Shown: positions 1-11,934 of the stretch, in pieces
Layout: every line of letters begins with the position of its first letter
How positions within the stretch are numbered: the first letter of the stretch is position 1
NCBI GenBank assembly: GCA_000934665.2
Contig: KZ538238.1
Coordinates: forward strand, 1 to 64,000
DNA length: 64,000 nucleotides
Reading direction: 5' to 3'
Origin: Catajapyx aquilonaris
Taxonomy: Eukaryota
Notes under the pieces: generated by a model
Seen by the model: the letters and a program-made list of their open reading frames with translations, nothing else
Told to the model about the DNA's origin: nothing
Databases searched by the model: none
Program-made: the position numbers and the translations under genes

Positions 1-44
1 AAGTTACCAGCAAACGAGGCACGTTCGAATGGGGCGGGGGAGAT

Positions 45-215
45 GGGACTATCGATGTATTGATATCGATATATCGATGGTTTACTTATAAAATATCTAT
101 GTCTGATAAGCTCAAATCACTGTAATTTTATTAAAATATCGATATAATATATCGATAGTTGGGATAACTATCGAGAACTCGATATATGGCTGGGGGAAAT
201 ATCGATACATCGAAA
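45..215. repeat. ATCGAT/TATCGATA-rich array in a CCT8 intron, probably the subterminal region of a non-autonomous DNA transposon
   Basis: Many closely spaced atcgat/tatcgat palindromes. The transposon origin is inferred. Confidence 0.4.
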
Positions 216-690
216 CTTTGTTTATAAGGGGTACCAACGTATGCAACGTTGCCGGATTTCCCGCACTTTTTCCGGTATTTGGAACAGCCATATTTATGCT
301 CTTCTCCGGGACAAAAGTGCACGAGGGAATTATTATCCCCCAAATAAATGTTCACGTAACGTATCCGACGCGAAACACGTACTCAAAACTCTGTTTCAGA
401 GAAATACTAGCAGAAATGTCTTACAATCGCATAAGTTGGTATTGGCCAGCTCGTCCCATGTATAAACATAGGCTCAACACCCCACCCCCTGCCCTCCGTT
501 TCTAAGCGCAAGAACTACCTTAAATTTTTTTCTGCAACTCGGAAAATTTTACAAACCTACATATTCTCTTTATATGCCATTAGGCAAAATAAGTTCATAT
601 GTCAGCCCAATCAGATCACGCTGGAAAAAGTTACGCCCCATAACAAGAAGCAAATATAATTTTCTCCGCTGTAGCTGTAGAAATGCGCAC

Positions 691-2724
691 CTTCGTGATT
701 CCCTTGAAGGTGTTAATCCCGTCGTCAATTGCCCTCTCAATGTCATCCATAAAGTTGTCGGTTGCTCCTCGCAGCACCAGAGTGGATATGCGGCTCTCCT
801 GGCCGTCTAAGCGAAACACCACAACAGAAGTGTCCCCAACTTCATCCACATACACCTGGTCAGCATATCCAAGCTCCTCGGCAGTTGGGGCAGACTAAAT
901 AAATCACAAACCATGACAACAACACTACTTATACCAATGATTGCAGGCCGTACCATCTGCGGCAGCGATGTGGCTCCAACGGTCTTACATACACGTCTGA
1001 CATCGAACTTGGACATGAGTCGGACAGCCATGATCCCGTACTTGTTGAGGTAGTGCATGGCCATGTCACCGATCTTCCCTCCAGCCACGACCACGGTTGC
1101 CCCCGTAGCAGCGATAGCCTTGATCTGATCCTCCAGAAGACTCTCCTCTCCTTGGCTGAACTTGACCAGCTCATCTGCACTCTTGATCAGCACGGTTCCT
1201 TTGGTCTCCGTCTGGGACACGTCCATGGGGCAGGAGTACACCGCCACCTTCGCCTTCTGCTTCTTCGTTTCGTTCCCTTCCACCTGCCGCTTGAACACCA
1301 TGCCATGCACAACCTCAGAATTCAGGAGCGTCGAACCCTGCAAAGAATCATTACGGTTATCAATGCGCCACCACAAATCGTATGTATGAGTGCTCACCAA
1401 GATCTTGCAGACCCGAACATTGTCAACGTTGAAAGTGGTCTTCTCAGGGATTACGCTGACGCAGGCCCTGGCAATAATCTTGGTGAGGAAGTCCTCGTGG
1501 CCGTACTGCTTGCTCATCACAGCCGTTCTGATGGCATCCACAATCTCCTTCTCATCCCTGTAGTCCTTGACGTCCTTGCAGGAAAGAGTGGGCAGCAGCT
1601 CCATGGCCTTGGCCAGTGCGACCTCGTATCCTCGCACGACCTCAGACGAGGTGAGCCCCATCCGCAGCAGCTCCTCCGCTCCCTCCAGCAGCGCCCCAGC
1701 CAGGATCAGAACAAAGTTGGTCCCATCCCCAACCTCCTCCTCCTGCATCTCTGCCGCCATCACCAGGATCTTAGCCGCAGGGTGCTCCACCTCCAGCTCC
1801 TTAACGATGGTCGCCGCATCGTTAGTCACCAACAGTTTGCCCAGATGATTAATCACCATCTTGTTCATCCCATTGGGACCATACGCCGAGCGAACAGACT
1901 CGGCCAGCTGCTTGCAAGCATCAATGTTGCGGTACACGGCCTCATCCAAACCAGAAAAATGCTACATGGATAATGTCGCCAATTAGTTTTTCAAAAAAAA
2001 TCAGAAGTTTTGTCATGAAATTGCTCATTACCCTAATTATTTTCAATGTGAATAATTACTCCCATTGATTATTTTCAATGTGAATTATTATTTCCATGAT
2101 TATTATCAATGTGAATTATTATTCCCACAATTATTTTCAATGTGAATTATTTCCACAATGATTTTCAATGTGAATTATTATTTCCACAATTATTTCCAAT
2201 GTGAATTATTTCCACAATTACTTTCAATGTGAATTATTACATCCGCAATGATTTTCAATGCGAATTATTATTTCCGCAATTATTTTCAATGCGAATAATT
2301 ATTCTCATTATTATTTTCAATGTGAATTATTATTTCCACAATTATTTTCAATGCGAATAATTTCCACAATTATTTTCAATGCGAATAATTATTCTCATTA
2401 TTATTTCCAATGCGAATTATTATTTCCATTATTATTTCCAATGCGAATTATTATTCCCATTATTATTTCCAATGCGAATTATTATTTCCATTTCCAAAAA
2501 AGGCAACGTTCGATTATGAGTCACCGGGGCGTGGACACGTGCCCGACACAAAAAGGCTTAATTCCCGTCCCTTTCCCTTCCCCTTCCCCCAGACTTCGAC
2601 TTCCCCCGACCCGGGGCGACCTTTGCCCTTCTTTTCCCCTGCCTCCCTTCCCGGCAGGCCTCACCCGTGCTCCATCCTTGAGCATAGAAGAGAAGCCAGG
2701 AGCTCGAGGGACGTGCATCGCCAT
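691..2724 (-). CDS. CCT8: T-complex protein 1 subunit theta (CCT8), 5' part. Exons 2724-2665, 1961-1398, 1337-954, 894-691; the gene continues past the window start.
   Basis: Exon 1 MAMHVPRAPGFSSMLKDGAR splices (GTGAG...TAG) to HFSGLDEAVYRNI. Contains the chaperonin motifs AYGPNGMNKMVINHL, TNDAATI and VGDGTNFV and the theta-type TETKGTVLIKSADEL. All junctions are GT-AG and keep frame. Confidence 0.95.
2030..2492. repeat. AT-rich minisatellite (~30-32 bp unit, attattttcaatgtgaattattattccac) in CCT8 intron 1
   Basis: Tandem copies are directly visible and explain the repetitive ORF 2258-2779. Confidence 0.9.
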
Positions 2725-2727
2725 CTT

Positions 2728-2862
2728 GGAATATTCCAGAAGAAAGAAGAAGGGAGAAAGGAAGGTTCACACCTGCTAGTCCAACCACAGTGCGCCTGGA
2801 GGATGCGCAGTGGATCAAACGCCGATTGGCCAAAACGACACCGCAAAGCAACGTGATTGGCC
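2728..2862 (-). promoter_or_regulatory. CCT8 5' region: three-unit heat-shock element and two CCAAT boxes
   Basis: gGAAtaTTCcaGAAg at 2728-2742, directly upstream of the ATG. ATTGG (CCAAT on -) at ~2825 and ~2856, 31 bp apart. Confidence 0.5.
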
Positions 2863-3094
2863 AGCAGCATTGCAATCGACTGGGATGTGTAAACTTAATA
2901 ATTGACATACCTGTAAACCGGTTTTTCATACTACACAACAACAGGCATAACAAAATCATAACGACCCTACTTGTTCCTTTAATTGTCAACAAATTATTTT
3001 ATTACTTGAAATATTATATCAGCAGTTTATCAACTAAATAATTTTTCCTCCAGTGCCGTCAACTTTCAGAGAGCTCCATTTTGCTCCAGCATTA

Positions 3095-3460
3095 TCACCT
3101 GCGTATCTTGACCATCAATAAAATGATGAAAACAACCATCATCTGGGATTTGATGATGCCGATCAGGTCGTTAGATTGCGGTGCTGTAACTACAATTATT
3201 GAAGAAACATTAATTAATCTGAGCAAAAAAATTACATCCTATGCATCATGAAAAAATGAAAACTGACCAAAGTGTGTAATAGTGGCAAGCCATGAGGTAC
3301 CGTTTGATGCTTTGGTTGCGTTGGCAACTTTCTCTTCAGCCGGCTTGCTCAGGTTGCGTCCGACAATCGGTGGTCCAACAGGTGCTGGAATGGAAGCTGT
3401 CTCATCTTGTCCAGCACAGAAGCTGCACAAAAAGCAGAGAAAGAGCAAGCGGAGATCCAT
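3095..3460 (-). CDS. Small (~95 aa) putative secreted or membrane-anchored glycoprotein of unknown family. Exons 3460-3268 and 3189-3095.
   Basis: Signal-peptide-like MDLRLLFLCFLCSFCAG. N-glycosylation sequons NLS, NAT and NGT. A GTCAG...TAG intron joins in frame to VTAPQSNDLIGIIKSQMMVVFIILLMVKIRR*, which has a hydrophobic C-terminus. Confidence 0.6.
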
Positions 3461-3608
3461 CTTTTGCACCATGCAGATGTGAGAATGCGCCAATTATTAC
3501 GCAATCAAACAAGCTGTTTCCCTGGAAACAATGCCGATGAAAATGTGCCGTTTCTGTGTATTAGGCGTCCAAAGTGGAAGCCCGTCTTTTTATTCCTCCA
3601 ATTACACA

Positions 3609-4594
3609 TCACTTGACTTGCACGTTGATCAAAGTGGGAGCTACTACGACACCCTTTCCGCTAACTTCAAATGGGACTCCCTTGTAATTGGCCACCTTGT
3701 CTTCTCCAGTCTTGAGATCGGGAGCGACCGTTTCCCATATTTTCTTCTTCGGGTTCAGGACCGTGTCTGGTCTGGATATGTAGCCTTGAAATGATATGCG
3801 GTCGCCTGGCTGACTTCCTCGGGGCGGAATAAGGATTTCCACCTTTTCGGGGCTACTGGCACACATGACCATGGCTTGTGATGTGACGCCACGCATTTTG
3901 GCAGGCTTCAGGTTGCAGAGGAGAACAACAGTGCGATTCTGAAGCTCCTCCAACTGAACATGCCCCACCAATCCGCTGACTACTGTCCTGGGTGCTTCCT
4001 CACCCACATCGACCGTTTCAACATAGAGCGAATCAGCATCCGGATGTTTCGCTACCGACACGATGACTCCAATGCGGAAATCAAGCCGACCCACATCCAC
4101 AGTGTCATCTTCAGCAGGTTTGGCCTCTGACTTCTTCTCCTTTTCCGGCTTCTTCTCTTTCTTCGGCTTGGATTTCTTTGACGGTTCAGGCTGCTTTGTT
4201 GGCTGAGCTGCTGGTGGCGCATCAGTCCCATTGACAACTGGTGCTGGTGGCATCCCATTGACAACTGGCGTCGACGTCGGAAGCGGGATCTGCAATAATT
4301 TACAATTAGCGTCCAAGAACTGGGCTGACCTCGCAATGTCCAATCCACCTGCTTGATCCCTTGCGCAACTTCCAGAGTCCGCAGCTTCTCTTTCCACACC
4401 TCCAGACCCCTCTTCAATGCCACATTCTCCTGCTGCAGCCTCCGAAGCTCCTCGTCCTCATCCTCTCTCCGCACGCCAACCATCCCTTCCAACTCGTCCA
4501 GAGCCGAATTCAACTGCGCAATAAGCGCATCCGTCTCCTCCGCCCTCGCCTTCAACGCCTTCACCATTTCCTCTTGCGACTTCGGCGTAATCAT
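3609..4594 (-). CDS. AIMP1: Aminoacyl-tRNA synthetase complex-interacting multifunctional protein 1 (p43/EMAP II). Exons 4594-4349 and 4289-3609; an upstream exon is possible.
   Basis: N-terminal coiled coil ending GIKQ|IPLP across a 59-nt GT-AG intron, then a Lys-rich linker. The C-terminal EMAPII tRNA-binding OB domain has LDFRIG, KHPDADSLY, RTVVSGLV, NLKPAKMRGVTSQAMVMCAS and LNPKKKIWE. Confidence 0.93.
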
Positions 4595-4900
4595 GTTCTT
4601 CCAACGATCAGCTAACTACGGCACAATGTGGCATTATTATTTATCACAAAATACTGAAGTAATAATTAACTGCGCTTTCCTGAAAGCAAGCCAGGTAAAG
4701 TACGACCTGTGTTTAATTACAGTTGAACAATGTGACAAGCGTAATTAATTCCAGCCACAAATCATTCAATGATGATGATGATTATTATTTATTATTATTA
4801 TGCACTGGTCATTGTTGGCTAACCAATTATGAGAATAACGCCCCCATTGAAATAATTATCGTCATATTATTGTGGAATTTATGCCATGAAGATATGAACC

Positions 4901-4901
<1 letters not shown>

Positions 4902-4948
<47 letters not shown>
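4902..4948. repeat. (TTA)n microsatellite
   Basis: Directly visible. Confidence 0.95.
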
Positions 4949-5550
4949 CATCGTAATTATTATCGTCAAGAGCTGTTATTATTGATTTGCAACAGCAATT
5001 TAACGCCTTTGTCAGCCTGTAGCTCAATTGCAATTAATTGTACACGTACCTCATACTTCACTGCCAAAACCTGACCTAATGCCAGCTCAATTACAGACGT
5101 ACTAATTGCGTAAAAAAATTACCAAATTAACCTGATGCAATTATTGCAATGTGTCCTTGCCAGGTTCCAATTCCGCCCGCTACACAGCGCTCATGTCGCA
5201 ATTCCTCGAACAAAAAACAAACAAACTGATATTTAAACCAAATTAAAATGTAACAATGATAATTTTAATCCTCTTTTTTGACGAAAACAACTTTAAATAC
5301 GAAACAAATGCAGTTTAAATCCCATCCGATTGTTGATGGGTGGGGATAAACAACAACTGGGTTGTTGGTTGGCAACCCTGGAATGGCCGTTGAGGAATAA
5401 GGAACGAAGTCGTCTCATTCTTTTCCTTATTATTTTCCCTTTAATTTCCCCTTCCGAGCCGCTCATTTCGGAACAGAGAAGCAAAAGGGATCCCGGATCA
5501 AGTGAGAGAGAGAGAAAAGAGAAGGAAGTCCCCCTCAAAAAAAAAGAGAG

Positions 5551-6824
5551 ATGTCTAGCTTCCGGGTAAGATTCGAAAATATAAAGGGGTAAAAAAAGGG
5601 GGAGGAAAAGAGAGGTTCGAATCTCTCTCTCTCTTTCTCTCTCTCGCCAATTTATTCTTCTCCCTCAGAATTTGTGAAAAAAAAAAACTTTTGGAAATTG
5701 TTTAACAAAATGTTGGAAAATGCAATCAGTTTCGTATCTGACAGAGCTGAACGTCCACCAGGTTCCAAGGTAACCGCTTTCTTTTACATTACTTTAATAA
5801 CGAAGCGGATTATGTTGTACGACATTTTGTATGGGAAAAAAAAGGGTGTTCGAATTTCACGTTTAAAACATCAGCTCATTGTCAATTTTATGTTTCCTTT
5901 TTTTTTTTTGTCTCCAGCCGACCGATTCGAAGCGTGAGGAGTTCCGCAAGTACCTGGAGCGTGCTGGGGTCATGGACGCCCTCACCAAAGTACTGGTGTC
6001 GCTCTACGAGGAGCCAGAGAAGCCTGTCGATGCCCTTGAGTATCCTTTTATTGGTGTCCCGACATCTGGCTGCCGGTCAACTGGCCGCCATGTCAATTGG
6101 CTGCAGCTAAAAAATGGCCGCTGCCTTTTAGTTGCCAATTAACTTAGCTGCGGTCAGAGTTGCTAGATGAAATGGCTAGAGACATAAGGGTACATAACAG
6201 TTAAATACAACTTGGCCTTTAGGCTATTAACGGAAAACGCTGTGCTGTATGGCTTTCGGGTGACCGCACCAATACTGTCCGTCATAGGCGCCGCAGGCCA
6301 ACGAACATTATTGCGGCTTTGCCAACCTTCAAGCTGACGCTGATATACCTATCTATTGTGTTCTCATGTTTAATATATTTTTAATTGCGAAAATGGCACG
6401 GCAGCCAAATGTCCCGCAGCCAAGTGACTCGTGACCAGTTGACCCGCAGCCAAATGACTCGTGGCCAGTTGACCCCCAGCCAAATGACTCGTGACCAGTT
6501 GACCCGCAGCCAAAAGTCGTATATTCCTTTTTTTTTTTTGGTTGTGGTTCCCATGGCCAAAAAAATGTATTTTGTACTATTTGCCCTTAACCTGAGATGT
6601 TCAGGTACCTGAAGGCCCACCTGGGTGCTGGTGAGCCGGACAAGGCAGAGGTGGAGACCCTGCGCCAGGAGCTGGACCTGCTGAAGGCTGAGTTGGAGAC
6701 GCTTAAGGCCGAGAACGCTGATCTGAAGACACGAGAGGGAGGGGACGCCGGAGGTGGTTCAGGACCAAGCGCACCTCCCAGCGCCGCCCCAAGCGCTGCA
6801 CCTTCAGAGGCCCCAGTCGAGTAA
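5551..6824 (+). CDS. MYCBP: c-Myc-binding protein (AMY-1). Exons 5551-5565, 5918-6039, 6605-6824.
   Basis: MSSFR|PTDSKREEFRKYLERAGVMDALTKVLVSLYEEPEKPVDALE|YLKAHLGA followed by a coiled coil matches the MYCBP family signature. Confidence 0.92.
6040..6604 (+). other. U12-type (minor spliceosome) GT-AG intron in MYCBP
   Basis: 5' site GTATCCTTTT at 6040. Branch point CCCTTAAC at 6584-6591, ~14 nt before the AG at 6603-6604. No long polypyrimidine tract. Splicing restores the reading frame. Confidence 0.9.
6400..6520. repeat. ~30-bp tandem repeat (cagccaaatgactcgtgaccagttgacccg, 3-4 copies) inside the MYCBP U12 intron
   Basis: Tandem copies are directly visible. Confidence 0.85.
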
Positions 6825-9619
6825 AAAAAAAAAACAACAAGTCTGATGGAGTCCACTGGAGAGGGCGGGGGATACCTTTTTTTCCCCTCTTAAAAAGGTC
6901 CAGTCAAGTGTATGCTATATTTTGGGTTCAGGTCCAACACTGCCGCAAGTCTCCCCAGAAGGAAAAAAAAAGGGGGGGGCCAATGTTTTTTTTTTTTTTT
7001 TGGTTTTGAGTTGGTTTAGCCACGATCACTAAACCGCATACTGTGATGCATCCACTGGTGCCTTTTGTCAACCTTAATTTTCAAAGCCCTCCCTCCCCCC
7101 CTCCACCTCAGACCTGTTACTATTAAAAAGTCATTTCACAAGGTTTCCGTTGCTCAAGTTACTCCTTTGAAAGGGGAAGAAAGAAAAGAAGAAAAAAAAG
7201 TTTCCCTTTACCATCTATCATCTCTTCTGACAACACTTTCTCTCTGCAACGATTTTTCTACCACTTCACAATAATTGTTTGGCACATTGGTGTAGAAATA
7301 ATATTTGCACATATGGACGGAGTACAAAATCATCAATGGACACACCCACAAACCAGTACTATTCTTGCTCCCCCCCTGCTGAAAGTATTACCTTTCCTGT
7401 CCTTCAAACTTAAAAAAAAAAAGGCTGTACATATTGACAGTGTAAATTTCTGGAGTTAATAAAACTGAGTGTTGATCTCAATATGGTAATCTCGTCTATT
7501 TGTTCAGCATGTAATTACGAAAAAGCCCCCAAGGATTTTTGGGTGGTGCTAACGTATGGGCTAAAAAAATTCCATGGCACGTACCTTTCTTAATTTCCTG
7601 ATTTGCACTGCACTTCCTGATTGGATATTCTCCGAACTGCGTTTGTCGCTAAGCGTTGCTTCGAATTGCGACATTTAATCGTTGGCGCAAAAAAAAAAAA
7701 CACTTGCTGTATACCTCAAAGTGTATGCGATTCTGCTACTTGGAACACCTGCGAAACTATAGAGGGGGTGGTGTAAAAAAGTGCCAATAAACTAATTTGC
7801 AGTTACAAACCAACACATATATTCCTCACATAAAGCAAGAAGACAAACATTTGGGTAGAGATCACATAGGCATATTATGATTATTATGATTATTATTATT
7901 TTTTTTGTCCATTTCTCATCAGACTTATAAGTTGGGGGGAGGAAAACAATAATACTAGGGGATATAAACATGATTACCAACCATACATTTAAATCCACAT
8001 TATTTACTTTTTTTTTTTCAATAAAACTATTTTTTGAAACAAATTGTCTGGAAGAGGGGGGGAGGGATTCAAACATTACCGAAAGCACCGCTTTTTAAAT
8101 ATTTTTGGCAATTTGTTCTATACCGCTTCTTTTTAAAAAAATTTTTTTGGCCGATCTATGTGGCGGGGGGGTTAGGTACGAACAATAGGGACATGTACAC
8201 ATACAAACACACGACCATGCTTATTTATAGGTGTACAAAATAGACGCGATTCGACCCCACCTCACAAGAAGAATCTGGTCCACCGGGTTAACTCCTTTTT
8301 TTAAATATAAAATGAAAAACATTGATCACAACATTATTGCGACCCACACGAAAAACATTCAAAAAAAAAGAGAGAGAGAAAGAGAATGTGACCTTATTTT
8401 TTTTCTCTTTAAAACCGACACATTGTTGCCAAGTATCTACAGGCACAGTCCATTTTAAGCCGTAGATATACAGTATTCTTTTTTTTAAATAGAGTTATCA
8501 ACACTCCCACCCAACCCATCAATTATTATTCCCCCCCCTCACACATATTTAAATTGTCGAATTTGACTCCTTTGACCTCGTCATGTCCTCAGAAACAAAA
8601 ACTTGGTTATCAAAACCCATTCAGCTGTCAGCAAGCAGATTCACAATAGGATGGGAAAAAATAAAAGAGTGACGAGCAACCGTCAGAAATGTTGCGAAAC
8701 GGTAACCGATTTTCTCCATAAATGTTATTTTTTGTACAAGGCGATAAGAGCTGTGCTTAAATATACTTTTTATGTACCAGCGATCGCACAGTCCAGTCGA
8801 CTTGTTCATCGCTATTTTGTAATAGCCGCGGTTATATCACTTGGAACACAGACTTTTAGATGCTGTGCTTAAAAAAAAAACACCTCGGCAATTAACAAGC
8901 GACTGGCGCTCTACAAATTTTTGATTCAGACAAATTGCACGCTCATTGAATCTGCATACCTAATAAATATTAACTGGTAAATCGACTGCCTTGTTAAAAA
9001 ACACTTGCTTCCAAGTAGTGTGAGGTAGCTGCCATGTTTCCGAATTAAGAATTCGCTTAGGCCCGACGAGTGATTAATTGTACATATTGCCGTATAAAAA
9101 TCTGAAAAAGTGATTGCACGATTGTAAAGATTCACATGCATGCACGGCTTTGGTAAAAAGTGACATGATCCATTACTGCTGACTGATTCAGTTACCGACG
9201 AGTTACACTTGGAAGCATCGTGTTTATCTAATGCAGTTCTCCTGCAACAGCTAGGAAGCAACATGTTCAAACTGCGTGTATCGAGTGCGGCAAACGTCAT
9301 GTTGGAAACGATGATGGTAATGTGAAGTCCTGTATGATATCAATTAACTGCAGGCATCACATTTTGTGGGTCCATCTGAATAACGACGAGAATAACCGGC
9401 AGTGCGCCACACTACATACACGCAGGTTGGATTAGTTGCTGCCTAGTGTTCCCGTCACCAGACTAATGCAAAATTTCATGTCGGCGTGAGCAAAATATAA
9501 TCTGCAATTTCCCACGCAGCTTGAAACCAAGGCAGGAAAAGATGCAAGGAGAAAATAATAATAATTAGGCAGCCTCACGTGGCATCGGGGACAGGGCGAG
9601 ATCAAAAGGAGAGGCAGTT

Positions 9620-11303
9620 TCACTTCTTCTTCTGTGCCGCCCTCTGCGGTGTCGATGGCCTTGACGATCCGGCCGCAGAGGAAGCTGCTGCCGCCCCAGC
9701 AGTTGCGGCTGGAGCGTACTGGTACTTTGCCTTCTTCTCGGACGGCTTGAGTATCTGGAAGGAGCACATCAGGGTGTCGTCCACTGACATCATTCCGCCA
9801 GCATTGTCGAACTCCCCGCAGTAGTTCGGGGCAGAAAAGAGGGTGACCAGTTGGCGCTTTGCAAAGAACTCGTAGCCGTCCTCCACAACCTGGTGGGCAC
9901 GGCAGATCAGGTCTAGGTCGTGCCTGTTCAGGAACTTGCCCACCACGTCCGCGCCAAAAGTGAAGCTGACCCCACGGTCATTCTCGCCCCAACCTTGCAC
10001 ATCTTTATCAGGATCAGACCACAGAAGATCACACAGGAGGCCAGTGTCCGGGACGTCCGTTGGGCGCATTATGCGACGGATCTGTGAACAGAAATGCAAA
10101 ATGCTACGGCTCAGAATTTTAATCACAATGGCTTCAATGCTGCTACGAACTAATTCGAATTACTCAGAATTGACGTGAAGGTTATTTTTAGTGTAACTAA
10201 TCACAGTTCGCTGAAGTCCACGCCTGATAAAGTGACTATCAGCGAGAGCCGCAATCATATCCTGTTTTTCATGCCTCCTAAATACCACCAAAAAAACCCT
10301 GAATATAGCGGAAACCTATCCATTGCAGAATATTTGCTCTTGGTACTTACAAAAAATCCTATAAATTCGTAGAAAATACTATGTGAAATCTAAGTAACGT
10401 CCGTGAATTAGTGGAAAATGCAATGAGAAATATAGCGGAAACCTATCTAGCAATTCCGCACAGGTTTCGCTGTATGTTCTACATTCTAATTATTCTACGC
10501 TGTACATTCTACTATGCTGTACATTCTAATTATTCTATGCTGTCCATTCTAATTATTCTATCCTGTCCATTCTACTATGCTGTACATTCTAATTATCCTA
10601 CGATGTTCATTCTAATTATTCTACGCTGTCCATTCTAATTATCCTACGATGTACATTCTAATTATCCTACTACGACACCCCGCACCTGTTCCATGTTATG
10701 CAGATCGGGGCTAAGTCCTCCGTGGCAGCAGAAAATCTTCTCATCAATAATGGCAGCAATTGGCAGACAATTGAAGCAGTCCGTGAAGGTCTTCCACAAC
10801 TTGATGTTGTACCTGCGCTTACACTCGTCGTAGAATCCGTATATCCGGTTGATGGACGCACACTCGTGGTTGCCCCGAAGGAGGAAGAAGTTTTCAGGGT
10901 ACTTAATCTTGTAGGCCAGGAGCAAACAAATGGTCTCCAGCGATTGCTTTCCTCTGTGGGTATAGTTAAAGCGAGTTAAAAAAGTGTTCGTATTGTACGT
11001 GCTGCCCCGGAACATGTACCTGTCGACGTAATCTCCAAGGAAGAGATAGTTGGCCTCCGGTGGAAACCCGCCGTACTCGAACAGCCTAAGCAAATCCGTG
11101 TACTGCCCATGTATGTCCCCGCATATCTTGAGCGGGGCTTCCAGCTCCAGGAGGATCGGCTGCTGGAGGAATATCTCCCTGGACTTCAGACAAAGTCCTC
11201 TCACCTCAGATTCGGTCATCTGGACAGTCTTTCCAGGACGACATCCTCGAACCTCCAGTAGTCTCTGGATCAGCGAATCCACGTTCAGGTCAGCCTCAGA
11301 CAT
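9620..11303 (-). CDS. PPP1CB: Serine/threonine protein phosphatase PP1 catalytic subunit, beta type. Exons 11303-11020, 10953-10686, 10081-9620.
   Basis: [26 protein letters not shown]-terminus. Motifs [25 protein letters not shown] and SAPNYC. Beta-type features [10 protein letters not shown] and KKAKYQY. Confidence 0.95.
10470..10670. repeat. Minisatellite (tacattctaattattctacgctg variants) in PP1-beta intron 2
   Basis: Tandem copies are directly visible. Confidence 0.85.
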
Positions 11304-11934
11304 AATTATTGTGAGAGGGGTCAACAATACGCTATTGTTGGAGGGGTAATTTAAAAAAATTAAAAAGGGGGAAAAAAAGATATAAATAATTTTTTGGCTG
11401 GAACGCAGCAGCAGCAGCAGTACAGAGAGAGAGAGGTAAAAAAAAAGAAAAAAAATATCTCCGGGTCGGATGTGACGTCACATATCCAGTTATAGTATGT
11501 CTTGTCCGTAAATATAATTTAAGGCGTTAAATTTAGCGCATTAATTAAACTGCAGATCGGTATGGAACCCGCAATTAAATGTAACAGCAAAAAATGTAAT
11601 CACAGTGCTGTTGGCAACACTGCGGGCATTTTGTAAAAAAAAAATGGCGGCGGCTTTTTTTCAAATTGAGCAACAATTGATGAGATGTTAATTTGTCAAC
11701 GTTTGGTGCGCCATTTGGTGCGTTCCTTTTTCCTGTGTAATGATGTGGGTGTACAGCAGTACAACCCCCATCATACTTGTGTGTACTTTGTCGGCAATCA
11801 TTATTTTTGTTGCAAGAATGGACGACGCGGTCGTAACTAGGGTACAGTCAATCTGGCTGTTTAACATAATGTTAAAATGTTAAATTCCAAGTGTGAGGAC
11901 CTCGGTGTCTACATGTTGTGGTCAGCAATAAGTG
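11304..11934. promoter_or_regulatory. Head-to-head intergenic region (~630 bp) between PP1-beta and PP1-like paralog A
   Basis: Divergent start codons. Palindromic CRE-like atgTGACGTCAcat at ~11470-11483 and TTGGCAACACTG at ~11611. Confidence 0.5.

Noticed and set aside
1053..1973. 306-aa plus-strand ORF
   Set aside because: Antisense shadow of the GC-rich CCT8 coding sequence. The same applies to the antisense ORFs over the sHSP, PP1 and midasin exons.
2258..2856. Plus-strand ORFs of 173 and 148 aa
   Set aside because: They translate an intronic minisatellite and the antisense of CCT8 exon 1.
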